Positions 1 to 9,933 of a stretch of 64,000 nt of DNA are shown piece after piece. This DNA is from Promethearchaeota archaeon (lineage in GTDB: Archaea > Asgardarchaeota > Lokiarchaeia > Sigyniarchaeales > SOKP01), in contig JAHLWS010000056.1 of assembly GCA_019057795.1 (NCBI GenBank), positions 1-64,000 of the forward strand. The letters run 5' to 3'. The position numbers were made by a program, and so were the translations under genes. The notes below the pieces were generated by a model. The model did no database searches, had not been told where the DNA came from, and saw nothing but the letters and a program-made list of their open reading frames with translations. Within the stretch, counting starts at the first letter, position 1; every line of letters starts with the position of its first letter.

Positions 1-77
1 TAAACTTCCCTTTTGATACTTCTTTCCCTTCATCTGTCATGATAAAAAGTATGATGCGATCTTATTAAAGTGTTTTT

Positions 78-360
78 CTATTCCTCCATTAGGAGTTCTT
101 CATATAAATATTTTCTTTTGTTAAATAAAGACCTAATATACCCGGAATTGTTCTTGCGCCTTAAAGCTCGGATGAGAGCATTCTTGAAATCAGTGAATGT
201 ATCATAAAATCCATTATAAACCACTTCCGATTTAATTTCTTGCCATAACTTTTCGATTTCATTCAAATCAGGGGAATAAGGAGGCAAGAAGACGAGTTCG
301 AATTGTTACCGAACTTCTTCTAAAAAGGGTTGAAATAATTTCGCATGGTGAGCGCTGGCT
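78..360 (-). pseudogene. IS630-family transposase C-terminal relic
   Basis: LPPYSPDLNEIEKLW motif (DDE_3). The upstream frame reads ASAHHAKLFQPFLEEVR*QFELVF with an in-frame TAA, and the N-terminus is missing. Confidence 0.85.
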
Positions 361-468
361 TGGAATAGAACGTTAGTATTTATTGAGAAGCATAAGGGTA
401 AAATAATAGATCAATACATTTCTACAAATAATTTATATCGTAAGCTTAGAATACGCCATGATTTTTCA

Positions 469-834
469 ATGTGTATTTATGGTACATCTATGGGTGAAAC
501 GTACGAAATGATTTTTGGTTATAACCCTTCTGATAACACTACATATGTCAGCGTTTTTGTTAAGTATTCAAATTTCGGAAAGGGTATACCATCGAAAGTA
601 CCAAAAGACATGATGAAAAAATGGGCTTATGAAATGGGTATCACCCCTATGAAGTTGGTTAAAGAAATCGACTATAATTTCTTAGCTAATCTTGATAAAA
701 TCCAAGAAATTCCGCTACATCAAATTGCGAATTTATCAAATGTATTTTGTTTCGCTTGCGGTGAAGTAAACAGCATAAAGGGTACTTATTGTGTTTCCTG
801 TGGAACCCAATTAAACACAAAAGTTATTCCTTAA
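469..834 (+). CDS. Hypothetical protein with C-terminal zinc ribbon (possibly N-terminally truncated)
   Basis: CFAC...CVSC motif at the C-terminus; lies next to the IS relic. Confidence 0.6.
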   Translation: MCIYGTSMGETYEMIFGYNPSDNTTYVSVFVKYSNFGKGIPSKVPKDMMKKWAYEMGITPMKLVKEIDYNFLANLDKIQEIPLHQIANLSNVFCFACGEVNSIKGTYCVSCGTQLNTKVIP

Positions 835-875
835 GGCTTAAAAAAATAGAAATTCTATAAATAATTTTTACTTTT

Positions 876-1469
876 TCAATTTAACATCGAAACTATTTGA
901 TCTCTATACAAATTCTTAAAAACAAGGCTTAAAATCTCTTCAAAACAATCTAAAATTCCCTCACCGTTAACTGCTATTGTCTTTTTGAAGTCGATGTTTT
1001 TAAATCTAAAATAATTAATGTTTTCTAAAAACTCAGGAGGGCTAAATTTATCTGGTAAATCTTGCTTGTTAAATGCTATAACTTTAGGAAGAGTAATAAT
1101 TATATCATCGAAATAACCACATAATTCGTTCCAAGACGTCAAATTTCGGTGGTAAACGCTTTGTTGTGAATCCGCTACGAAAATAATTCCATCTATACCT
1201 TGTAAAGTAATTGGTCTGGTAATTAAGTAAAAGTCCTGCCCAGTTGTAGAATATAGGTGGATTTTTAGGTGCCATTGTTGGTTTTCAAAATCAATAGTGC
1301 CATAATCAAAGAACAGCGTTCTGCGAATACTGCTGTCTATACTTAAGACTCGATCTTTCTTACCAAAATGGTTAAATAATGCTTTAATAGATGTCGTTTT
1401 TCCCGAGAGGGCGGGTCCAAAATAGCAAATTTTCAACTGAATACTTCGAGTTAATTGATCTATTATCAT
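876..1469 (-). CDS. MglA-like small GTPase
   Basis: G1 GPALSGKTT, RTLFFDY, TTGQ (MglA TVPGQ equivalent), G4 NKQD, G5 TIA. Confidence 0.9.
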   Translation of the reverse strand: MIIDQLTRSIQLKICYFGPALSGKTTSIKALFNHFGKKDRVLSIDSSIRRTLFFDYGTIDFENQQWHLKIHLYSTTGQDFYLITRPITLQGIDGIIFVADSQQSVYHRNLTSWNELCGYFDDIIITLPKVIAFNKQDLPDKFSPPEFLENINYFRFKNIDFKKTIAVNGEGILDCFEEILSLVFKNLYRDQIVSMLN

Positions 1470-1574
1470 CTTAAATACTAGTTCTCGTTTTTAAGTAATA
1501 TTAAAAATAAGTTTAAAAAAGCCGAGTTTTTTAAAACAAGGAAAAATAAAGCTTTTTTGTCAAATGTAGAGAAA

Positions 1575-1952
1575 TTAAAAAACTAACTCGTCTCCTTCGA
1601 TTTTACAACGTAATAACGATCGAAGGATAAGTATTTCAACTTCTCTTCTTAAAATTGGTTCCTCAATGTTTATATTTTCACGTTCCTTTAAAATTTCATT
1701 TAGTCCCGTAAAAAAGATTGACTTTTGTTGCGAAGATTCTTCTTGGATAACTTTTAATACTATTTGTTGATTGTAAAGCGAATGAGAATTAGAAATTAAT
1801 TGATACAATTTATGAGTAAGGCTATAATCAAAATTTCCCGCTTTTTCAATTTCTTTCAATTTGTCTAAGATAATTAACGCTTCTTGATACTTTTCATCCT
1901 TCATGAGTAGTTGAACTTCTTGAATTTTTTTAATAAATTCACTATTATTCAT
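1575..1952 (-). CDS. Hypothetical helical protein with PCI/winged-helix-like C-terminus
   Basis: TPR-like N-terminal helices; C-terminal EVEILILRSLLRCKIEGDELVF resembles the PCI winged-helix end. Confidence 0.55.
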   Translation of the reverse strand: MNNSEFIKKIQEVQLLMKDEKYQEALIILDKLKEIEKAGNFDYSLTHKLYQLISNSHSLYNQQIVLKVIQEESSQQKSIFFTGLNEILKERENINIEEPILRREVEILILRSLLRCKIEGDELVF

Positions 1953-2046
1953 TTTACTAATCAGAAGGTTCTAATTTTAATAAATTTCAAGCTCTTGCTC
2001 TTATAAAATTAAAAAAAATTAAAAAAAAAAGCAACTCCAGATTGCT

Positions 2047-2277
2047 TTAAGCAACATTTTCGACTCTGACAACTTCTGGAACAAATTGTTTAATCGCACG
2101 CTCAACGCCAAATGTTAGGGTCTGTTGGGCATGCATACAGCCCGCACAATGACCTAATAATCGTACTTTAACGATTCCGTCGTCGGTAATTTCAACGAGT
2201 TCTACATCTCCGCCGTCCATTTGTAATTGAGGCCTAATTTTTTCTAGCACTTCTTTTACTTTTTCTTTATCCAGCAT
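2047..2277 (-). CDS. nfuA: NifU-C/NfuA-type Fe-S carrier
   Basis: IRPQLQMDGGDVEL...GHCAGC signature. Confidence 0.9.
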   Translation of the reverse strand: MLDKEKVKEVLEKIRPQLQMDGGDVELVEITDDGIVKVRLLGHCAGCMHAQQTLTFGVERAIKQFVPEVVRVENVA

Positions 2278-2433
2278 ATAAAATCACATATTTGTTTTTT
2301 ATATCTTAATTTAATTAAATTATTTAACATATTTAAAGCAAAGCTCTTTAAAATATGAATATTTTTGAATAATCATTTAATTAGGAACGATATTTTTTGA
2401 AAAAATCCTATTAAATAAAGACTTAAAAATTTT

Positions 2434-2480
2434 AAGGAAATATTTTCAAAAAGTTAATTATCTTTTATTAATTAATAAAT
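2434..2480 (+). repeat. 47-bp direct repeat, copy 1
   Basis: AAGGAAATATTTTCAAAAAGTTAATTATCTTTTATTAATTAATAAAT, identical to 4078-4124. Confidence 0.95.
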
Positions 2481-2639
2481 TTGAACTCTAAACAGTCTTT
2501 AATCAACTTTTAACAACTTTTTGCAAATAAATGGAAATGCTTTGCTTAAGCTGATGAATATTTATCGTCGTCTTGACAATTCAAATAGAACTATATATTA
2601 GAAGTGACTTATTTTAATTGAAGCAAGGGAGATAATTTC

Positions 2640-2861
2640 ATGGTTCAAGAAGTTAAAAAAAAATATTGGTTCGATGAACAAAATTTGTTAAAACCTATAG
2701 ATTGGGAATATTTCAATACTCTCTCTAAAAAAGTACAAAACGCTTTAGAACTTTACATGAGAGGAGACATATCCATGGGTAGAGCAATAGAAATAGCACG
2801 ATTGCCATATCGAGAATTTGATCTTATTCGATCAAAAGCTAGAATACCGATTCATCATTAG
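2640..2861 (+). CDS. UPF0175-family HTH antitoxin-like protein
   Basis: LYMRGDISMGRAIEIARLPYREF motif; followed by a PIN gene start. Confidence 0.8.
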   Translation: MVQEVKKKYWFDEQNLLKPIDWEYFNTLSKKVQNALELYMRGDISMGRAIEIARLPYREFDLIRSKARIPIHH

Positions 2862-2870
2862 AGTTGGTTT

Positions 2871-2978
2871 ATGATAATTGTTATATCTGATACTGCTCCA
2901 ATCATCTTTTTTGGAAAGATTAATAAGTTGAGTCTTCTAAAGGAACTTTATCATACTATTTATTTACCTCCTGAATGA
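2871..2978 (+). pseudogene. Truncated PIN-domain (DUF3368-like) toxin
   Basis: MIIVISDTAPIIFFGKINKLSLLKELYHTIYLPPE* is the typical DUF3368 N-terminus, ending after 35 aa. Confidence 0.8.
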
Positions 2979-3179
2979 GAATTTATTAGAAGATGTAAAA
3001 AAGAAGTTCAAAACCTAATTTCAGATTTATTTTTAAAAAAGGAATTTGGTTTGAAAGAGCATATAAACTTTATAATTATTTAAAAAAAATAAAATTTAGA
3101 TTTGAAGATAATTCTAAACTCCCTTTAGTTAAAAGGTATTAACTTCCATTTTTTGAATTATTTTTTGAATTTAAAGAAT

Positions 3180-4016
3180 TTATGGGAGCCCTGCTCCTGG
3201 AATATCAACTTCAACGACTTCAATTCTACCGTTCGTTCTTGTGTGTGTTGATGTAGCTACAAAAAGCGTTCGACGATCTGGTCCGCCCAACATGCAAGCA
3301 TAAGCATCGTTTTCTACTTTAATTATGTGTGTAATTTTACCGCCCTCTACAACTCTAACAACTCTTCTACGCCCTGGTGCTGCAGCCCATATACCACCCT
3401 CTTCATCCAAACAGATGCCATCAGGAGCTAGAGATTTAAGGTTAGCCCATACACGGCGTCTTGAAAGAGAACCGTCTTCGAGAATATCAAATGCTGTTAA
3501 TCGCGCAGCAAAAGTTTCAGCAACAATAAGAGTTTGACCGTCTGGGGTAATAACAGTACCATTAGGGAAAGCCATATCCTCTGCTACGATTTTTGCGTCT
3601 CCATCTGGTGTTACTAGTATGAGTTTTGTTGGAGCAAACGGTTTCTCGTGAAGATAATCGAAACCAAAATTTCCTATATATGCGCGGCCTTTTTTATCTA
3701 CAACCATATCATTTAAATAAACTGTTCCGAATTTATTCAAATCAACTACTTCAGTAACTCCCCCCGGATCGAGTCGTAGTAAGCGACAATCTTCCATTGA
3801 AACTATCAACAATCTACCATCAGGGAGCCAATCTATTCCTGAAATTTGGCTATGTCTCTCAATTATTGTCTCAGTTTTCCCTTTTAAATCAACTGTCATC
3901 ACTTTATAAGTGTCCATATCAACGAACCAGAGTTTATCGCCGTGCCATCGTGGACTTTCAGGAAATTTTAATCCTTCAATTAATATTTCTGTCTTAAGTG
4001 TAATTCTTTTGCTCAT
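3180..4016 (-). CDS. SMP-30/gluconolactonase/LRE family protein
   Basis: FPESPRW, LND, FPNG and PDG beta-propeller metal-binding motifs. Confidence 0.92.
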   Translation of the reverse strand: MSKRITLKTEILIEGLKFPESPRWHGDKLWFVDMDTYKVMTVDLKGKTETIIERHSQISGIDWLPDGRLLIVSMEDCRLLRLDPGGVTEVVDLNKFGTVYLNDMVVDKKGRAYIGNFGFDYLHEKPFAPTKLILVTPDGDAKIVAEDMAFPNGTVITPDGQTLIVAETFAARLTAFDILEDGSLSRRRVWANLKSLAPDGICLDEEGGIWAAAPGRRRVVRVVEGGKITHIIKVENDAYACMLGGPDRRTLFVATSTHTRTNGRIEVVEVDIPGAGLP

Positions 4017-4077
4017 AATTTATTGATGATAAAAAGTTATAAAAAGATTTTTCGAAGTAGAAAATTCATGTTTTTTA

Positions 4078-4124
4078 AAGGAAATATTTTCAAAAAGTTA
4101 ATTATCTTTTATTAATTAATAAAT
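4078..4124 (+). repeat. 47-bp direct repeat, copy 2 (contains BRE/TATA-like AAAAAGTTAATTAT upstream of the 4158 gene)
   Basis: Identical to 2434-2480. Confidence 0.95.
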
Positions 4125-4157
4125 AATTAATAACCGCATTAAATTATTGAGAATAAT

Positions 4158-5396
4158 ATGAACGAGAACGAAAAAATCGAACGACCATTAAGGAGGTCGA
4201 GACGTACTAGACCCGTTAGAAAGACACAAGGTCAAATATTACAAGAGGCTTTAGGTTTAGAGCCAGAGAACCTTAGGAACATCGAAGCTAAATTATCCAT
4301 AATTAAATTTTTGGATTATTTTTCGGAGGAGACTTTAGATTTTATATTTAAGGATCGCAATGTCGAGCAATATATAACAAAGATATCGGAGAAAATTGAA
4401 AAATTTGGTTTGAGTGGAGAAGAAGACAAACTTCTTAAAAAGGGATTTGAAGATAAGAAAATCGTTGAGACCGTTGAGCGCTTAAAGGCTAATGTCGAAG
4501 AATTAGCAATAAGTAAAGGAATTAACAAATCAGTTGACAAAAGATTAAGGAACCTAAGCTTTATGGTTTCCGCGCCTTTGCTTGCTATTGCTGTGATTTT
4601 TTTAATATTGCCTTATTTTGGAATACCTGTTGATGCATTTCTTATGTTTCCATTATTATGTGTCTTTTGCATGGTTCCCCAGTTAGTAAAGAGTATTGTC
4701 GTGAAAAAATGGTATAGGTTTAAGGAAGAGAATAGACGTGAGATTTACACGAAAAATAGAGACGATTTCTTAGTTTTAAAAAGTTATATTGGCGAAGTAT
4801 TAGCTAATATTCGAGCTAATCTTTTAGAAATGGAAGTACCATTGGAACTAATTAAGTTTTCCTTATTTAATCGAGATTATGAAAACTTAAAAATATTAAA
4901 CCAAAAAATATTAAGGGGGCTCACAGAATATTACGTTTCATTTGAATACCCAGAAGGTATGGAGCCTTTCCCTATTCCTGAAACTCTTCGACAACAATAT
5001 GAGAAACCGTTATTTCCGGAAAAGCAAAAGGATGAGAAAAATTTCGTTGTTTTAACAGAAATGAAAGGTAAAGATGGGGTAATTACGAGCTTTACACCCA
5101 GCTTAAAAGATAACCTTGCCGATAAAATTAATCAAATGTTAAACGATTCTGAGTTTACCGAATCACCTCTCAAATTCACGGAGATAATCCCTAACTATTC
5201 CGAAGACATGGCAATTTATTGTATTTGTGGAGAGATAACCGAAATTAGAGTTATAAATATTTGTAATTGGAAAAATAAGTTTAAGTTTTACTTATTTGAA
5301 GGAAAACAATGCCAATGTGGAGACCAAATTTATGCTATTTCTCTAATGGATGAAAATACTGAAATTCCCGAAGAACTAAAAGAGATTTTTAGTTAA
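4158..5396 (+). CDS. Hypothetical membrane protein, two TM helices, C-terminal zinc finger
   Basis: Hydrophobic hairpin at about aa 132-178; CICG...CQCG; Arg-rich N-terminus. Confidence 0.75.
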   Translation: MNENEKIERPLRRSRRTRPVRKTQGQILQEALGLEPENLRNIEAKLSIIKFLDYFSEETLDFIFKDRNVEQYITKISEKIEKFGLSGEEDKLLKKGFEDKKIVETVERLKANVEELAISKGINKSVDKRLRNLSFMVSAPLLAIAVIFLILPYFGIPVDAFLMFPLLCVFCMVPQLVKSIVVKKWYRFKEENRREIYTKNRDDFLVLKSYIGEVLANIRANLLEMEVPLELIKFSLFNRDYENLKILNQKILRGLTEYYVSFEYPEGMEPFPIPETLRQQYEKPLFPEKQKDEKNFVVLTEMKGKDGVITSFTPSLKDNLADKINQMLNDSEFTESPLKFTEIIPNYSEDMAIYCICGEITEIRVINICNWKNKFKFYLFEGKQCQCGDQIYAISLMDENTEIPEELKEIFS

Positions 5397-5398
5397 TT

Positions 5399-6772
5399 TT
5401 ACTTTCTTTTTTTAATTTTTGCGTAATAATCGTATAAAAGCTTATAACCTCGAACGGCTCGCTCTATTTCGTTTTCGAAGGCAGGTATTTTCAACTCAGT
5501 TGCCGCTTTAATTACACGTTTCGCTCCTTCGTGTTCTGCCTGAACTAGAATGGTAATAATCGGTTTATTTGGATATTTTTTAACCAAAGGCGCGTAAATG
5601 TTGAAATCGAACTCGATTTCAGTAAAGAACTCTAAAGCTAAAATTAATCCATCAACAGCATCGTCTTTTAATAAAGCTTCTGAAGATGTCTTATATATAC
5701 CACATATTTTAATTCCAACAAATTTTTCTGGAGGCCAATAATCTACAGGATTCCCAAAGGCGCAAGTAGACCCCCCAACTTTATCTATAATGATTTCTCG
5801 AGAAATTTTACTGGGCTTCGCGAGCGATAAATGTTGTTTTCTCATTTCTTTCACGATTAAATGAATTGCGCCAGAACTTGGTCCTATTATACCTAAATTT
5901 ATTCCTTTAGGTTCAGGACACCATAAAAAGATTTTAGCAATCTCAAATAATTCGATATAATTTAATACCAATATCCCCCCAGCTTTTTGTAATTCTCTCT
6001 CTTTTATGTCATCCTTTCCCACATAATAGAAGAGTATTGGTTTGGTAGAGCTGACTTTTCTAACCGCTCCAATTAATTCTTCTGAGATTTCTCTTAGAAA
6101 TAAGGAAATAACCTTAGTTGTATCGTCATTTAAAAAGTATTCGAGTACATCGGCTTCATTAATGTGAAAACCTTTTCCTAAATGTATTACCTTTGAGATG
6201 GGTAATTTTTGTGACGGCGTCCACCACCCTAACGCTCCCGCTAGACCTCCAGATTGAGCAATAAAGCTCATTCCTTCTTTTACATTTTTATTTTCTCGCA
6301 TTATATGTTGGCGAACTGGGATTATGGATGTGGTAAAGTTATCGTTAAAATTTATAATGCCAAGCATAGACGGTCCTAAATAAGTGATGTTATATTTTTT
6401 ACAAACTTTATGTAAATTAATAGTTAAATCGTTAATCTTTGTTCCTGGTTTTAATTCTGTCTGGATTGCTATGTATTTGACACCTAGTTCTCCTAAACTT
6501 TCTACAATTTCGAGAATGCCTTTTCCTAAAACGATTACAGCCAATTCGGGAATTTCAGGTAATTCTTCAAAAGAATGGTAAGATTTAACACCTAAAATGT
6601 CGTTTGCATTAGGATTCAGAATATAAAGATTTCCTTGGTAAAAAATTTCTAACAAGTTTTTCAATACCGTATAACTAAAAGATAGCGCTTGCCTTGAAAC
6701 GCCGATTATAAGTACGCTCTTTGGGCTAAAAAACGGTTGTAAATCTTTCAAGGTATTTCCTTCACATTTCAT
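5399..6772 (-). CDS. Acyl-CoA synthetase (NDP-forming) alpha-subunit-like CoA-binding protein
   Basis: FFSPKSVLIIGVS, GPSMLG, IAQSGGL, NPVD motifs; SHTG catalytic loop absent. Confidence 0.85.
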   Translation of the reverse strand: MKCEGNTLKDLQPFFSPKSVLIIGVSRQALSFSYTVLKNLLEIFYQGNLYILNPNANDILGVKSYHSFEELPEIPELAVIVLGKGILEIVESLGELGVKYIAIQTELKPGTKINDLTINLHKVCKKYNITYLGPSMLGIINFNDNFTTSIIPVRQHIMRENKNVKEGMSFIAQSGGLAGALGWWTPSQKLPISKVIHLGKGFHINEADVLEYFLNDDTTKVISLFLREISEELIGAVRKVSSTKPILFYYVGKDDIKERELQKAGGILVLNYIELFEIAKIFLWCPEPKGINLGIIGPSSGAIHLIVKEMRKQHLSLAKPSKISREIIIDKVGGSTCAFGNPVDYWPPEKFVGIKICGIYKTSSEALLKDDAVDGLILALEFFTEIEFDFNIYAPLVKKYPNKPIITILVQAEHEGAKRVIKAATELKIPAFENEIERAVRGYKLLYDYYAKIKKRK

Positions 6773-6848
6773 TTACTTTTTATAATAAATATGAGAGAAA
6801 TAATCATTAAAAATTTGATGTTTATTTTTTATTTTTTAATCGCTAGCA

Positions 6849-7853
6849 TTATTCTTTTAGAGAATACGCTTCTAATACAAATTCAACCGCTCTTTTTCCA
6901 TCTTCAAAATTAGGACTTTCTTGTTTGTTCTCAGCGACGCAATTAATAAAATGATCAATTAGGCGATATTGAGCCATGTCTCCAGACCTTTTATAGTTGA
7001 TAATTTTCTTAATCAATTCGTTTCTTTTTATAGTTCTTGGTCCATAAGAAACGGAGTATTTCTTTCCTAAATCGATTTTGAGGTACCCTTTAGAACCAAA
7101 AATCTCGATAGTTTCTGAAGGTTCGTTACACCAAGAAACGCTGATAAGTCCTAGCGCGTCGTTTTTAAATCGAAAAAGAATGTTACAATTATCCTCGTCG
7201 TCCATATTTATACAAGAGGTGTTGTAATTTATTCCATTAACTTTATCGTATTCACCTATTAAATACCGAAGGATATCAATACAGTGTACGCCAAGGTCTA
7301 ATAAAACGCCTCCACCCGCTTTTTCAGAATCAAAAAACCATTTTTCTTTGGAGAGTGGTTTCCAAGATTTATAAGGTCCATAGTGACTAAAATAATATCG
7401 AACCAAAATGATTTTACCAAGAACCATTTCATCTATTACTTTTTTTATTAACGGAAAAATTGGATTGTATCGCTTTTGAAACGACGTAAAAAAGATAAGC
7501 TTCTTATTTTTTAGTTTCGATTCGATTTCACCTAACTCTTTGTGAGAAATAGCAATTGGTTTTTCGCATAAAATATGAAAATTTTTATCTATTGCCTTCA
7601 AAACTGTTTGAGCGTGCAAATAATTGGGAGTACAAATGCTAATAACATCTAATTCCTCATTTTCAATCATTCTTTTCCAGCTATCGACTCCTCCGTAGAT
7701 TTTTGGGATACTGAATCTCTCAGCTGCCTTTCTCGCATGTTCTTCAGTTCTGGAAGCTATCGCTACCAACTTGCAATTAGGATTTCTAACATAACCTAAT
7801 AAATGAATGGTCCCAAAGCCGCCCGCTCCAATTAATCCTACTTTTAAAGTCAT
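6849..7853 (-). CDS. Gfo/Idh/MocA family oxidoreductase
   Basis: GAGGFG, CEKP, GGGVLLDLGVH. Confidence 0.93.
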   Translation of the reverse strand: MTLKVGLIGAGGFGTIHLLGYVRNPNCKLVAIASRTEEHARKAAERFSIPKIYGGVDSWKRMIENEELDVISICTPNYLHAQTVLKAIDKNFHILCEKPIAISHKELGEIESKLKNKKLIFFTSFQKRYNPIFPLIKKVIDEMVLGKIILVRYYFSHYGPYKSWKPLSKEKWFFDSEKAGGGVLLDLGVHCIDILRYLIGEYDKVNGINYNTSCINMDDEDNCNILFRFKNDALGLISVSWCNEPSETIEIFGSKGYLKIDLGKKYSVSYGPRTIKRNELIKKIINYKRSGDMAQYRLIDHFINCVAENKQESPNFEDGKRAVEFVLEAYSLKE

Positions 7854-7947
7854 AATCTTATTTGGTGATAACTAAAGAATTAAATAATAACTAGGGATAA
7901 AAAGATAAAAATATAATGAAAAACGCTAATTAAGTAAAATCACAGAC

Positions 7948-8574
7948 CTATGCAACGACAAACTCGAACATTGGAACTTCTCGCCGCTTTTTATCGTCAT
8001 AGAGAGGTAAACCCGATTGCTTGAATATTTCAGGGGTTTTATACTTAAGGACAACTGTTGTACAATTACACGAGATTTTCATAGATGCTATTCTTAATCT
8101 ATCTCTGACTACGGGCAAATCTTTCAAGCTAGTTCCGACATCGCATACAATAGCACCTGCTCGTACCCGCGCACAAACTCCCGTAGACCGCCCGAATGAA
8201 TTTCTCATTCCGCTCTGCACTCGGTCAGCTCCCGCGAAAGCTAACATCCTATTTTCTCGAATTTTTTGGAATGGTTTAGGTCTTATTCGAAAACGAAAGT
8301 TCGATCTTCCTATTTTATTTTGTAATGCACTGTTTATGGTAATACGGATTGCTTCAAGAGCATTTGAAGATATTTGAATTTGTCGACTGACTTTAAGTCC
8401 TACAACAAGCTCCCAATCTTCCCAAGGGATAGCTTTATTGCCCCCCCAAAACCGGACTATCATTGACTGCGCACCTCCACGCGCGTATTCTCTTCTATGA
8501 TTAGCGCTACGCTTGTGTTGGTATGGCCTTCGACTCCAACTTGAGTAGCACCGCCAAGGTCTACGACTTGCCAT
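7948..8574 (-). CDS. rpl10e: 50S ribosomal protein uL16 (L10e)
   Basis: MASRRPWRCY..., QISSNALEAIR, IRENRMLAFAGADRVQSGMRNSFG; probable start is the ATG at 8574. Confidence 0.95.
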   Translation of the reverse strand: MASRRPWRCYSSWSRRPYQHKRSANHRREYARGGAQSMIVRFWGGNKAIPWEDWELVVGLKVSRQIQISSNALEAIRITINSALQNKIGRSNFRFRIRPKPFQKIRENRMLAFAGADRVQSGMRNSFGRSTGVCARVRAGAIVCDVGTSLKDLPVVRDRLRIASMKISCNCTTVVLKYKTPEIFKQSGLPLYDDKKRREVPMFEFVVA

Positions 8575-8727
8575 TTTACACTTCCTCTTCAATTAAATTT
8601 TTTAGCGTTAAATTAACAGATTACAATTAATAAGAAATAAAATTATAAAAGGTTATTATATTCATTCCATGAAGAATAGTTAAAAAATTTTATCAAAATT
8701 ACATATTTAGCACGAATATTTGAAACT

Positions 8728-9864
8728 ATGCTCGATGATTACACTTCTTTTGTAAAGAAGACTGAAATATTGTGTAAAGGGTTGTATTTAGACGAAAAAT
8801 TAATTGATCATTATAAAAATCAAGGAATCGAGATATCTTTTGGCCGAAAAGGCGGTGCAGGGCCGTTAGGTGGGAGGTATTTTCTTTTTGAAAATCGAAC
8901 TCTCGTGAACGCCGCACTTTGGAACGATCCTCAAAAATCTAATTTGGTGTTAAGAGAAAACCGAGATAGTTATTTTGAGGTATATGATGTTAGGAATAAA
9001 ATAGAACACAGTAAATTGAAGTTAATTCAAAACCCGCGTTATTACAATTCAGATTATATGACTTCCGATGGAATACCAATGAAAAAGATTGCGTTGGTCC
9101 ACGGCGTAGATTGTTTATCTAGTACTATATATCAAAAATGCGTTTATTGGGCGTGTGGTGAAGCTTGTAAATTTTGTGGCATCGAGTTAAGCTTAAAGAG
9201 CGACGCAACCATAGAGGAGAAAAATGCTCTACAAATGTCCGAAGTTATCGCGGTCGCGAAAAAAGAAGGAAGATGCAATCATATGACTTTAACAAGCGGC
9301 ACTGACGAGAACATTGATAAAGGGGCTAAGCGATATATTGAGCTTTTAAAAGGGATAAAAAAGAATTACCCTAATCTTCCTTTACATATTCAAATTGAAC
9401 CTTTAGAAGACTTATCGTATATAAACGAGTTAAAAGAAGCCGGCGCAGATACTATTGGAATCCATGTTGAGGTACTCAATCAGAATATCAGGGATAGTAT
9501 TACTCCAGGTAAGTCTCGCATTTCGTATGAGTCATATGAGAAAAATTGGAAGCACGCACTTGAGATTTTCGGCAAAAATCAGGTTTCATCCTATCTTTTA
9601 ACTGGTTTTGGAGAATCACAGGATGATTTTGTATTGGACACCGAAAAAATAATTTCGTTAGGCGTAATTCCGTATATTACACCTGTGAGATCGATACCCG
9701 GGATAAAAGATTTGCCAATAACCAATCATAACATAATGGTTGAAATTTACACAAAAGCAGCAAAATTAATGAAAGAATATGGAGTCAATCCTTTGAAAAC
9801 CAAAGCGGGATGTGTAAGGTGTGGTGGCTGTTCTGCTATTAATGAAGCTTATAAAAATGTATAG
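8728..9864 (+). CDS. Radical SAM protein, MSMEG_0568 (Nit1C NitD-like) family
   Basis: IALVHGVDCLSST, CVYWACGEACKFC, PGKSRI, C-terminal KAGCVRCGGCS. Confidence 0.85.
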   Translation: MLDDYTSFVKKTEILCKGLYLDEKLIDHYKNQGIEISFGRKGGAGPLGGRYFLFENRTLVNAALWNDPQKSNLVLRENRDSYFEVYDVRNKIEHSKLKLIQNPRYYNSDYMTSDGIPMKKIALVHGVDCLSSTIYQKCVYWACGEACKFCGIELSLKSDATIEEKNALQMSEVIAVAKKEGRCNHMTLTSGTDENIDKGAKRYIELLKGIKKNYPNLPLHIQIEPLEDLSYINELKEAGADTIGIHVEVLNQNIRDSITPGKSRISYESYEKNWKHALEIFGKNQVSSYLLTGFGESQDDFVLDTEKIISLGVIPYITPVRSIPGIKDLPITNHNIMVEIYTKAAKLMKEYGVNPLKTKAGCVRCGGCSAINEAYKNV

Positions 9865-9933
9865 CTTTTTTCAAACTGCGATTAAAAAGAGATAATTTTC
9901 ATAGCCATTGTTTTTTATTGAAAGAGATTTTTT

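Noticed and set aside
2976-2978. TGA as selenocysteine in the PIN ORF
   Set aside because: Not a Cys-equivalent position, and the downstream sequence does not continue the PIN fold.
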